From Bacillus subtilis subsp. subtilis str. 168 (GTDB lineage: Bacteria > Bacillota > Bacilli > Bacillales > Bacillaceae): a stretch of 32,000 bases of DNA. The stretch is taken from positions 960,001 through 992,000 of the forward strand of contig NC_000964.3 of the NCBI RefSeq assembly GCF_000009045.1, given 5' to 3'. The position numbers and the translations under genes are program-made. Each line of letters opens with the position of its first letter. The first letter of the stretch is position 1. This document shows positions 1 through 7,934 of the stretch, piece after piece. The notes beneath the pieces were generated by a model. That model was not told where the DNA came from. It saw only the letters and a program-made list of their open reading frames with translations, and did not search any database.

Positions 1-986
1 ATTTTATCCGGTGAAACATCAATACCAGGCACGAGGGTTCCAGGTGAAAATGTCGCTTGTTCTACCTCTGCAAAGTAGTTTTCCGGATTTCTGTCTAGAA
101 CCATGCGTCCGACCTCGATTAACGGGTAGTCTTTTTGAGACCAAACTTTTGTGACATCAAACGGATCGAAACGGTACGTATTTGCATCTTCTAAAGGCAT
201 GATTTGCACATATAGTTTCCATGCAGGATAATCACCGTTTTCGATTGCGTTGAAAAGGTCTTCTGTATGGTAATCAGGGTTTTCACCGGCAATTTTTGCT
301 GCCGTATTGACATCAAGGTTTTTCACGCCTTGTTCTGTTTTAAAGTGATATTTAATCCATACGCCTTCGCCTTCGGCATTTGTCCATTTGAATGTATGGC
401 TTCCGAAGCCGTGCATGTGGCGAAGTGTCGCAGGAATTCCGCGGTCAGACATCAGGATTGTCACTTGGTGCAGTGACTCTGGTGAAAGTGACCAGAAATC
501 CCATACAGCCGTAGGGTTTTTCAGGTGTGTTTTTGGATCTCTTTTTTGTGTATGGATGAAATCAGGGAACTTAATCGCATCGCGGATAAAGAATACAGGC
601 GTATTGTTGCCGACGATGTCGTAGTTTCCTTCTTCAGTATAAAATTTAACAGCAAATCCGCGCGGGTCGCGAACTGTGTCAGCAGAGCCAAGTTCACCGG
701 CAACTGTTGAGAAACGGATGAACAACGGTGTGCGTTTGCCGACTTCAGAAAGGAAAGCGGCTTTCGTGTATTTTGTTACGTCGTTTGTCACTTCAAAATA
801 TCCGTGTGCGCCTGCTCCTTTGGCGTGAACAACACGTTCAGGAACACGTTCTCGGTTGAAATGGGCCAATTTTTCGAGTAAATGTACATCTTGAATTAAA
901 GTTGGTCCGCGAGAACCGGCAGTCATTGAGTTTTGATTATCTCCAACCGGAGCGCCCCAGCTAGTTGTCAGTTTATTTGAACTCAT
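1..986 (-). CDS. katA: Vegetative catalase KatA, 3' part missing beyond the window edge
   Basis: The reverse complement from 986 reads [33 protein letters not shown]..., a clade-3 catalase N-terminus, with an RBS (GGTGATAAC region) upstream. The frame runs open to base 1. It is absent from the ORF track only because it has no stop in the window. Confidence 0.95.
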
Positions 987-1050
987 GTTATCACCTCTTG
1001 GAATTTATAAGAACATAATATCATCTCTAAGTAAAAAGTCAATATTATTT

Positions 1051-1065
1051 TATAATTATTATAAA
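1051..1065. promoter_or_regulatory. PerR box upstream of katA
   Basis: TTATAATTATTATAA is a perfect match to the Per box consensus TTATAATNATTATAA, and it lies in the katA/ssu divergent region. Confidence 0.85.
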
Positions 1066-1236
1066 ATAGTTATCTCTATTAATCGATATATAGTATCGAA
1101 ATTGTTGAAAAACCTTGTTGTAACAGCTTTTTATGACACTTAATAATTTTTGGAGAAATAATTTTTCCTTCTCTATTTGCGAAACAAGCAGAGTAAGTGA
1201 TAAACAAGGATATCAAAAATCGTATTTAAAAAAGAG

Positions 1237-1266
1237 TTGACATATCGGAATAATTTGAATTAACAT
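1237..1266 (+). promoter_or_regulatory. Candidate SigA promoter of the ssu operon with a CymR-like motif
   Basis: -35 TTGACA (1237-1242), 18-nt spacer, -10 candidate TAACAT (1261-1266). The motif ATCGGAATAA lies at 1244-1253. Confidence 0.5.
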
Positions 1267-1312
1267 GTTATTCAAACAAAAAAACAATTGGGCAGCTGAT
1301 CGGACCGCCGAA

Positions 1313-1358
1313 GGCTCTCATCTCTACAAGAACAGAGATGGGGGCCTTTTTGTTTTTT
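1313..1358 (+). terminator. Leader terminator/attenuator-like hairpin upstream of ssuB
   Basis: GGCTCTCATCTCT (1313-1325), loop ACAAGAAC, AGAGATGGGGGCC (1334-1346), then TTTTTGTTTTTTTT. The stem is 13 bp with two G-U pairs and is followed by a U-tract, between the promoter and the ssuB start. Confidence 0.75.
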
Positions 1359-1393
1359 TTGAAGGCGGGGTTGGCAGAAAGAGAGGGATAAAA

Positions 1394-2161
1394 GTGGCTG
1401 TGACCATCAGCATCAAAGAAAAGGCATTTGTTCAAGAAGGCCGCAAAAACACGGTCTTAGAAAACATAGAATTATCAATCGCACCAGGCGAATTTCTAAC
1501 GCTTATCGGACCGAGCGGGTGCGGAAAAAGCACCCTGTTAAAGATTATTGCAGGGCTTGATTCTGAATATGACGGGAGTGTGGAAATTAACGGCCGCAGC
1601 GTAACAGCTCCGGGTATTCAGCAAGGATTTATTTTTCAGGAACACCGCCTCTTTCCTTGGCTGACTGTTGAGCAGAATATTGCAGCCGACTTGAATTTGA
1701 AGGACCCAAAAGTCAAACAAAAGGTGGATGAACTGATCGAGATTGTCAGATTGAAAGGATCGGAAAAAGCATATCCGCGCGAGCTGTCAGGCGGCATGTC
1801 ACAAAGAGTAGCCATCGCCCGGGCCCTGCTGCGGGAGCCTGAGGTGCTGCTTTTAGATGAACCGTTTGGTGCACTCGACGCTTTTACAAGAAAACACCTG
1901 CAGGACGTGCTGCTGGATATATGGAGGAAGAAAAAAACAACGATGATTCTCGTGACTCATGATATAGATGAATCTGTTTATTTAGGAAATGAGCTTGCGA
2001 TCCTTAAGGCCAAACCGGGGAAAATCCATAAGCTGATGCCCATTCACCTGGCGTATCCGCGAAACCGGACGACTCCGGATTTCCAAGCGATCAGACAGAG
2101 AGTGCTGTCGGAATTCGAGAAAACAGAAGATTTGGAGTACGCAGAAGGATCAGGGATATAG
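1394..2161 (+). CDS. ssuB: Aliphatic sulfonate ABC transporter ATP-binding protein
   Basis: Walker [10 protein letters not shown], signature LSGGMSQR, Walker [13 protein letters not shown]. The GTG at 1394 follows GAGAGGG. The upstream part of the ORF track entry (1265-1393) spans the leader hairpin and is probably untranslated. Confidence 0.93.
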   Translation: MAVTISIKEKAFVQEGRKNTVLENIELSIAPGEFLTLIGPSGCGKSTLLKIIAGLDSEYDGSVEINGRSVTAPGIQQGFIFQEHRLFPWLTVEQNIAADLNLKDPKVKQKVDELIEIVRLKGSEKAYPRELSGGMSQRVAIARALLREPEVLLLDEPFGALDAFTRKHLQDVLLDIWRKKKTTMILVTHDIDESVYLGNELAILKAKPGKIHKLMPIHLAYPRNRTTPDFQAIRQRVLSEFEKTEDLEYAEGSGI

Positions 2162-2178
2162 AAAGGGCGGAAGCGGAA

Positions 2179-3177
2179 ATGAAAAAAGGACTCATTGTAT
2201 TGGTTGCCGTTATTTTTCTGCTCGCAGGCTGTGGAGCAAATGGAGCCAGCGGTGACCACAAACAATTGAAGGAAATTCGTATTGGTATTCAGCAAAGCTT
2301 AAGCCCCCTTTTGATTGCAAAAGAAAAAGGCTGGTTCGAAGATGCATTTGAAAAAGAAGGCATCAAAGTGAAATGGGTGGAGTTTCAAAGCGGTCCGCCC
2401 CAATTTGAAGGCCTTGCGGCAGACAAACTTGATTTTTCTCAAGTCGGTAATTCGCCTGTGATCGCTGGACAGGCGGCAGGCATTGACTTTAAAGAAATCG
2501 GTTTGTCTCAGGACGGCTTGAAAGCAAACGGCATCCTTGTCAATCAAAACAGCGGCATTCAAGACGTTAAGGGCTTAAAGGGGAAGAAAATTGCAGTCGC
2601 CAAAGGCAGCAGCGGGTTTGATTTTTTGTATAAAGCGCTTGATCAAGTGGGGTTGTCAGCTAACGATGTGACAATTATTCAGCTTCAGCCTGATGAAGCA
2701 GCTTCCGCATTTGAAAACGGATCTGTTGATGCCTGGTCCATTTGGGAGCCGTACTTGTCCTTAGAAACAATGAAACACGGAGCAAAAATCCTTGTGAACG
2801 GAGAAAGCACAGATTTATATTCACCGGGTTTTACTTTAGTAAGAACAAAGTTTTCAGAAGAGCATCCAGACGAAGTGGTCCGTTTTCTGAAGGTGTTTAA
2901 TAAAGCCGTTGTATGGCAAAAGGAACATCTGGATGAAGCAGCGGACTTATATTCTGACATTAAAGATCTCGATAAAAAGGTCGTCGAAAATGTGCTGAAA
3001 AATACTGAGCCACTTAATGAGATCATCAGTGACGACATTGTGAAAGCACAGCAGGAAACAGCAGATTTTCAATTTCGAACAAAGGCGATAGATAAGAAGA
3101 TTGATGTGAAGGATGTTGTCGATAACACTTTTATCAAAAAAGCATTAGAGGAGCATTCCTCAGGAGGTGATCAATGA
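2179..3177 (+). CDS. ssuA: Aliphatic sulfonate ABC transporter substrate-binding lipoprotein
   Basis: Lipobox signal MKKGLIVLVAVIFLLAGCG, SsuA/NMT1-type sequence, operon context. Confidence 0.93.
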   Translation: MKKGLIVLVAVIFLLAGCGANGASGDHKQLKEIRIGIQQSLSPLLIAKEKGWFEDAFEKEGIKVKWVEFQSGPPQFEGLAADKLDFSQVGNSPVIAGQAAGIDFKEIGLSQDGLKANGILVNQNSGIQDVKGLKGKKIAVAKGSSGFDFLYKALDQVGLSANDVTIIQLQPDEAASAFENGSVDAWSIWEPYLSLETMKHGAKILVNGESTDLYSPGFTLVRTKFSEEHPDEVVRFLKVFNKAVVWQKEHLDEAADLYSDIKDLDKKVVENVLKNTEPLNEIISDDIVKAQQETADFQFRTKAIDKKIDVKDVVDNTFIKKALEEHSSGGDQ

Positions 3178-4004
3178 TGAAAGCAGAGGCTGCGGGCTCG
3201 CTGCCCAAAACGAATGCGGAAGCGGTGCGAAAAAAGCCCGGAAGGAAGAGATACGGCTGGATGAAGGGGCTTTTACTGCCCGCTGTCATCATTGCCATCT
3301 GGCAGGTCATCGGCGGGCTGGGGGTTGTGTCCGCTACAGTGCTGCCTACACCTGTTACGATTGTTCTGACCTTTAAGGAGCTTATTTTGTCCGGCGAACT
3401 GTTCGGCCATCTGCAAATCAGCATTTATCGGGCGGCACTTGGTTTTTTGCTTGGCGCGGGGCTTGGATTGATGATCGGGATTTTGGCCGGATTTTCCAAA
3501 CGGACGGAGCTGTATCTTGATCCGTCGTTGCAAATGCTTAGAACCGTACCTCATCTGGCCGTCACGCCGCTGTTTATTTTATGGTTCGGATTTGACGAAG
3601 TATCTAAAATTTTGCTGATTGCGCTCGGTGCCTTCTTTCCTGTCTATATCAATACGTTTAACGGCATCCGCGGGGTTGACGCGAAGCTGTTTGAAGTCGC
3701 CCGGGTGCTTGAATTTAAATGGCATCAGCAGATATCCAAAGTGATATTGCCGGCAGCCCTGCCCAATATATTGCTAGGCATTCGCTTATCGCTCGGCATT
3801 GCATGGCTCGGGCTCGTTGTGGCAGAGCTGATGGGCTCAAGCTCGGGAGTCGGCTATATGATCATGGATGCGAGACAGTTTTCACAAACGAATAAAGTCT
3901 TTGCAGGGATTATCATTTTTGCAGTGGTTGGAAAGCTGACGGATTCCTTCGTCAGGCTGCTTGAACGAAAGCTGTTAAAGTGGAGAAACAGCTACGAAGG
4001 ATAA
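3174..4004 (+). CDS. ssuC: Aliphatic sulfonate ABC transporter permease
   Basis: BPD-type permease with multiple TM segments and an EAA-like loop ([31 protein letters not shown]). It overlaps the ssuA stop by 4 bp. Confidence 0.93.
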   Translation: MMKAEAAGSLPKTNAEAVRKKPGRKRYGWMKGLLLPAVIIAIWQVIGGLGVVSATVLPTPVTIVLTFKELILSGELFGHLQISIYRAALGFLLGAGLGLMIGILAGFSKRTELYLDPSLQMLRTVPHLAVTPLFILWFGFDEVSKILLIALGAFFPVYINTFNGIRGVDAKLFEVARVLEFKWHQQISKVILPAALPNILLGIRLSLGIAWLGLVVAELMGSSSGVGYMIMDARQFSQTNKVFAGIIIFAVVGKLTDSFVRLLERKLLKWRNSYEG

Positions 4005-4026
4005 AAGATATAAAGGGGAGATGAAT

Positions 4027-5157
4027 ATGGAAATTCTTTGGTTTATACCGACTCATGGAGACGCGAGATATTTAGGATCTGAAAGTGATGGACGGACTGC
4101 GGATCATCTTTACTTTAAACAAGTCGCGCAGGCGGCAGACAGGCTGGGATATACAGGAGTTCTTCTGCCAACGGGAAGATCGTGCGAGGACCCGTGGCTT
4201 ACAGCGTCGGCACTGGCAGGAGAAACAAAGGACTTAAAGTTTTTAGTCGCGGTAAGACCTGGTTTAATGCAGCCTTCTCTGGCAGCCAGAATGACATCCA
4301 CCCTAGACCGCATTTCAGACGGCCGGCTGCTGATCAACGTTGTGGCAGGGGGCGATCCGTATGAGCTGGCAGGCGATGGCCTGTTTATCAGCCATGATGA
4401 GCGCTACGAGGCAACAGACGAATTTTTAACCGTTTGGCGGAGACTTTTGCAGGGAGAAACGGTTTCCTATGAAGGAAAGCATATAAAAGTGGAAAACAGC
4501 AATCTGCTTTTCCCGCCGCAGCAAGAGCCGCATCCGCCCATCTATTTCGGTGGTTCGTCACAGGCTGGAATTGAAGCTGCCGCAAAGCATACAGACGTGT
4601 ACTTGACATGGGGTGAGCCGCCTGAACAAGTAAAAGAAAAGATAGAAAGAGTCAAAAAGCAAGCGGCAAAAGAAGGGAGATCCGTTCGATTTGGCATTAG
4701 GCTGCATGTCATTGCCCGTGAAACTGAACAAGAGGCATGGGAAGCGGCAGAGCGCTTGATCAGCCACTTGGATGATGACACCATTGCCAAAGCGCAGGCA
4801 GCTTTGAGCCGTTACGACTCTTCAGGCCAGCAGCGGATGGCCGTCCTTCATCAAGGCGATCGGACGAAGCTTGAAATCAGCCCGAATCTGTGGGCGGGGA
4901 TCGGCCTGGTCAGAGGAGGGGCAGGAACAGCTCTTGTCGGTGATCCGCAGACGATTGCCGACCGGATAGCGGAGTACCAGGCACTCGGCATAGAATCGTT
5001 TATATTCTCCGGCTATCCGCATTTAGAAGAAGCGTATTATTTTGCAGAGCTTGTATTTCCGCTTTTGCCGTTTGAAAATGATCGGACGAGAAAGCTTCAG
5101 AACAAAAGGGGAGAAGCGGTAGGAAACACTTATTTTGTCAAAGAGAAAAATGCATGA
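4027..5157 (+). CDS. ssuD: FMNH2-dependent alkanesulfonate monooxygenase
   Basis: [18 protein letters not shown]..., luciferase-like family. The RBS AAAGGGGAG precedes the ATG at 4027. 376 aa. Confidence 0.94.
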   Translation: MEILWFIPTHGDARYLGSESDGRTADHLYFKQVAQAADRLGYTGVLLPTGRSCEDPWLTASALAGETKDLKFLVAVRPGLMQPSLAARMTSTLDRISDGRLLINVVAGGDPYELAGDGLFISHDERYEATDEFLTVWRRLLQGETVSYEGKHIKVENSNLLFPPQQEPHPPIYFGGSSQAGIEAAAKHTDVYLTWGEPPEQVKEKIERVKKQAAKEGRSVRFGIRLHVIARETEQEAWEAAERLISHLDDDTIAKAQAALSRYDSSGQQRMAVLHQGDRTKLEISPNLWAGIGLVRGGAGTALVGDPQTIADRIAEYQALGIESFIFSGYPHLEEAYYFAELVFPLLPFENDRTRKLQNKRGEAVGNTYFVKEKNA

Positions 5158-5171
5158 GTTTAACTAAAATA

Positions 5172-5218
5172 CAGCCCCCCGAACATGGTATGATATTCAA
5201 AAAAAGGGGGCTTTTTTT
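5172..5218 (+). terminator. Long-loop terminator of ssuBACD
   Basis: AGCCCCC ... GGGGGCT followed by TTTTTT. The loop is about 26 nt. Confidence 0.5.
5189..5194 (+). promoter_or_regulatory. Candidate extended -10 element for the downstream lipoprotein gene
   Basis: TGgTATGAT. There is no good -35. It lies inside the loop of the ssuD terminator. Confidence 0.4.
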
Positions 5219-5227
5219 CTGAAAACA

Positions 5228-5797
5228 TTGAGAAGCGCGGCAGTCATTTGCCTCATAGCTATGCTGTCAGCATGCGGACATTCAAAACAGATGGAAATCA
5301 AAGCGGCGGACATATCAGATCTTGAAAAAAACAGAATGGATGTCGCAGCTTCACAGGCATTCACTGCCGAAGCCGTCAATATCGGTGAAGGTATTTCTTC
5401 AGCTGACATGTACATCGAACATTATCAAAAGGGAAAGCTTGTTGAGAGGTTTGGACCGGTTCGTGCAGATTATTCAGAGGAAAAAACTGATACCATACAA
5501 TTTGTTTATTTTGAGAATGAAGAGGGGGAAGGAAAGAATAAACATACCACCATTCATTTTGGCATTGTGGATAAACAGGGAACTATAGCGGCTGATTCAT
5601 CGGTGAAACGCGACGATAGCACAACACAGGAAATGACTCAGAATATTTCATCGCCGGAACCGATTACTTTCGAGAAGCCTGCTTTGATCGGCAGCAGTAT
5701 TAGAGGGACTGACGAGACAATGCACACCTCTGAACATAAAAAAGAGCTCATTAAGCATCAAGATGCGTTACTGTATTATGTGGAATTGCATCATTAG
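5228..5797 (+). CDS. ygaO: Putative lipoprotein of unknown function (YgaO-like)
   Basis: 189-aa ORF beginning MRSAAVICLIAMLSACG (lipobox LSAC). A CTG at 5219 gives KTLRSAAVICLIAMLSACG, which is better spaced from GGGGG at 5206-5210, so the start is uncertain. The symbol is assigned from genomic context. Confidence 0.65.
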   Translation: MRSAAVICLIAMLSACGHSKQMEIKAADISDLEKNRMDVAASQAFTAEAVNIGEGISSADMYIEHYQKGKLVERFGPVRADYSEEKTDTIQFVYFENEEGEGKNKHTTIHFGIVDKQGTIAADSSVKRDDSTTQEMTQNISSPEPITFEKPALIGSSIRGTDETMHTSEHKKELIKHQDALLYYVELHH

Positions 5798-5868
5798 AAT
5801 GGGCGGCTTCAGGCCGTCTGTTTTACAAAGCGGTATGCTTGCTTTTTTGAATGGTGAATGATACATTT

Positions 5869-5891
5869 TAAATCGTAACAATTTCGATTTA
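5869..5891. promoter_or_regulatory. Zur box upstream of the S14 paralogue
   Basis: TAAATCGTAACAATTTCGATTTA is close to the Bacillus Zur consensus TAAATCGTAATNATTACGATTTA. Confidence 0.8.
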
Positions 5892-5908
5892 AAGGGAGGC
5901 TATGTGAC

Positions 5909-6178
5909 TTGGCTAAAAAATCAAAAGTGGCAAAAGAGTTAAAACGCCAACAGCTTGTTGAGCAATACGCTGGTATTAGACGCGAGTTGAAGGAAAAAGG
6001 AGATTACGAGGCACTCAGCAAGCTGCCAAGAGATTCAGCACCGGGAAGGCTTCACAACCGCTGCATGGTAACGGGGCGCCCGAGAGCATATATGAGGAAG
6101 TTTAAAATGTCCAGAATCGCTTTCAGGGAGCTGGCCCATAAAGGCCAGATTCCCGGTGTGAAAAAAGCAAGCTGGTAA
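5909..6178 (+). CDS. rpsNB: Zinc-independent 30S ribosomal protein S14 paralogue (YhzA)
   Basis: [52 protein letters not shown]..., a long-form S14 without the CxxC zinc ribbon. TTG start at 5909 after AAAGGGAGG, directly downstream of the Zur box. Confidence 0.93.
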   Translation: MAKKSKVAKELKRQQLVEQYAGIRRELKEKGDYEALSKLPRDSAPGRLHNRCMVTGRPRAYMRKFKMSRIAFRELAHKGQIPGVKKASW

Positions 6179-6184
6179 GAAAAA

Positions 6185-6218
6185 ACTCCGGCCGATTACA
6201 GCGCGCCGGAGTTTTTTT
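6185..6218. terminator. Convergent terminator between the S14 gene and the minus-strand membrane protein gene
   Basis: ACTCCGGC (6185-6192), 12-nt loop, GCCGGAGT (6205-6212), then TTTTTT. The other side carries an A-tract. Confidence 0.75.
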
Positions 6219-6669
6219 CGTTTTTCTTGAAAGAGATGACGTAGGAAAGGTGCTGGATGATCATGATGATAAACACAATAATAATAGGGAAAAACGGAAT
6301 GCGCGATTGAAATAGCGGATAAAAAATGAGAAGAACCGCTGCGGCAGGCAGCGAGAAGTAGACAGCGATATATGACGCGCGACATGCTTTTGCCGTCATC
6401 ATCTGCTCTCTTTCATCCTGCTCTTCAAACTCATCAGGCAGAAGTAGCTGCTTTCTGGCAGGGCGGCTTTTTTTCTGTAAGTACAAATAAACCGCAGACG
6501 CCGCAACAAACAGAATAAAGGGAGTGAGGTTTAAATCAAATACCATCCCGCCGCTCTTTGTGCCGAAAAAAGATGCTATGCCTTCTGAGGCTTCAAAGTA
6601 TGAAATCAGCGCCCAGCATGCAAGGCCAAATAAAACAAGGTGAAAAGCTGCTTTTGTTTTCATGCTCAT
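6196..6669 (-). CDS. Small integral membrane protein encoded downstream of an XRE regulator (DUF3169/DUF2178-like architecture)
   Basis: 157 aa with four apparent TM segments arranged as two pairs around a charged linker (FEEQDEREQMMTAKACR). RBS GAGGAGG lies at the end of the upstream XRE gene. Confidence 0.75.
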   Translation of the reverse strand: MSMKTKAAFHLVLFGLACWALISYFEASEGIASFFGTKSGGMVFDLNLTPFILFVAASAVYLYLQKKSRPARKQLLLPDEFEEQDEREQMMTAKACRASYIAVYFSLPAAAVLLIFYPLFQSRIPFFPIIIVFIIMIIQHLSYVISFKKNEKNSGAL

Positions 6670-6670
6670 C

Positions 6671-6874
6671 TTAGTTTTCCTCCTCTAACCAAAAGACATC
6701 CTCCATTTTCATGGAGAAGGCTTTGCAGATTTTCAGTGCTAACAGCAGTGAGGGAACATAATCGCCTTTTTCAATCGCTGCCACAGTCTGTCTTGTGACG
6801 CCGACCGTTTCTCCGAGTTTTTCCTGAGAATAGCCGAAGCGTGCCCTCAGCTCTTTTACTTTATTTTTCATCAT
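6671..6874 (-). CDS. XRE-family HTH transcriptional regulator
   Basis: MKNKVKELRARFGYSQEKLGETVGVTRQTVAAIEKGDYVPSLLLALKICKAF is a typical short HTH_3 protein. AAGGGG precedes the ATG ATG at 6874. The ORF track GTG at 6892 is less likely. Confidence 0.85.
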   Translation of the reverse strand: MMKNKVKELRARFGYSQEKLGETVGVTRQTVAAIEKGDYVPSLLLALKICKAFSMKMEDVFWLEEEN

Positions 6875-6908
6875 GACGTCTGTCCCCTTCACAATCTCGA
6901 TTGATTAT

Positions 6909-6937
6909 ATTGTATAGTATACTTAACATTATGTAAA
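6909..6937 (-). promoter_or_regulatory. Promoter of the XRE/membrane protein operon with an overlapping palindrome
   Basis: Minus strand TTTACA, 17-nt spacer, TACAAT. The palindrome GTATA-N-TATAC lies at 6912-6922. Confidence 0.5.
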
Positions 6938-6995
6938 TGGAACTTAACAACTTTACAAAAAGATAACTTTTTTTCGACAAAATTTTTATATTCCC

Positions 6996-7024
6996 TTGAC
7001 GAAAAATAAATAAACATGTAATAT
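6996..7024 (+). promoter_or_regulatory. SigA promoter of the tRNA gene
   Basis: TTGACG (6996-7001), 17-nt spacer, TAATAT (7019-7024), 40 nt upstream of the tRNA. Confidence 0.7.
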
Positions 7025-7064
7025 AAAAAAAGTCAGAGCGGTACTGTTGCTGACAATCACAAAT

Positions 7065-7138
7065 GCGGGTGTAGTTTAGTGGTAAAACCTCAGCCTTCCA
7101 AGCTGATGTCGTGAGTTCGATTCTCATCACCCGCTCCA
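7065..7138 (+). tRNA. trnSL-Gly1: tRNA-Gly (anticodon TCC), CCA encoded
   Basis: GCGGGTG/CACCCGC acceptor, GTTTAGTGGTAAAAC D arm, TCAGC-CTTCCAA-GCTGA anticodon arm, GTGAG-TTCGATT-CTCAT T arm, encoded CCA. Confidence 0.95.
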
Positions 7139-7151
7139 TACATACGTTATT

Positions 7152-7197
7152 AACGCAGTGTTTCGTTTCTCAGATAAACGAAGTATTGCGTTTTTTT
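7152..7197 (+). terminator. tRNA terminator
   Basis: AACGCAGTGTTTCGTTT (7152-7168) / AAACGAAGTATTGCGTT (7176-7192) plus T-tract. 17-bp helix with three G-U pairs. Confidence 0.8.
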
Positions 7198-7203
7198 ATG
7201 TGA

Positions 7204-7230
7204 AAAAGAACACGGTATTCGTGTTCTTTT
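7204..7230. terminator. Second, bidirectional terminator hairpin between convergent units
   Basis: AAAAGAACACG-gtatt-CGTGTTCTTTT, perfect 11-bp inverted repeat. Confidence 0.65.
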
Positions 7231-7858
7231 ACGTAAGCCAATGTACTGTATGGGTGCCGCCGTGAATTTGTTCAAACATTTTCGTTAATGATGATAAGAG
7301 GTTAACAGCGCTGCTTTTCTCAATCGATGGCGGGAAAAAAATGATTTGCAGCATATTCTTAGTCTCGTTTGAAACGGGATAGTGGTTGACGCTGTTTTTG
7401 AAATCGCCAAAAATGCCGTTTTCATCAGAGAAAAGCAGTATGTTTTCTTTTTCTCCCAATGAGATCCGGACCGGCTCATGAAGCTTTCCGGCATCATAAA
7501 TCATAATAGGCAGAGAATATTTTAATGCGAAAAAATCGATTGTGTCATGGGCCGAGTCTTTACTTTCCATGAATTGTTCCTTGGATATCGGGACCAGCAT
7601 GTCCTCCATTGGGGTTGTTTCTCCCTCAAATGAAGGGTTAAGCTGTTTAAAGAGTTTCTGCCATTCCTTGACGAAGGATTCATCGGATATACCGCCGTCC
7701 GCATAGTCGAAAAACAAGGATTCTTGAAACAGGCGGAGTCTGCCTTTCAGCATTTGCGGTGAGGAGCCGACTTCGATATTCTCATAAATGACAGCAGCTG
7801 CATGTAAGCCGGCCGCACGTTCAGTAATAACAGAATCAAGTTTGATATTCACTAGCAT
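7229..7858 (-). CDS. Hypothetical protein with possible B3/B4 (PheT-like tRNA-binding) domain
   Basis: 209-aa ORF. The pattern LPIMIYDAGKLHEPVRISLG...GIFGDFKNSVNHYPVSNETKNMLQIIFFP resembles free-standing B3/B4 domain proteins. Family call made by eye. Confidence 0.5.
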   Translation of the reverse strand: MLVNIKLDSVITERAAGLHAAAVIYENIEVGSSPQMLKGRLRLFQESLFFDYADGGISDESFVKEWQKLFKQLNPSFEGETTPMEDMLVPISKEQFMESKDSAHDTIDFFALKYSLPIMIYDAGKLHEPVRISLGEKENILLFSDENGIFGDFKNSVNHYPVSNETKNMLQIIFFPPSIEKSSAVNLLSSLTKMFEQIHGGTHTVHWLT

Positions 7859-7934
7859 TCACTCCAGTTACGTGATATCAACCTATTATAAACGCTGTGT
7901 CGTTTTATCACAAAGAAAGGAGGCTGTGCAAAAC

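Noticed and set aside
1265-1393. N-terminal extension of SsuB in the ORF track
   Set aside because: It covers the leader hairpin and U-tract, lacks an RBS at 1265, and a well-spaced GTG with RBS exists at 1394.
6861-7139. 92-aa minus-strand ORF MERVMRIELTTSAWKAEVLPLNYTRICDC...
   Set aside because: It reads antisense through the tRNA-Gly. The string RIELTTSAWKAEVLPLNYTR is a translation of the tRNA antisense, a classic false ORF.
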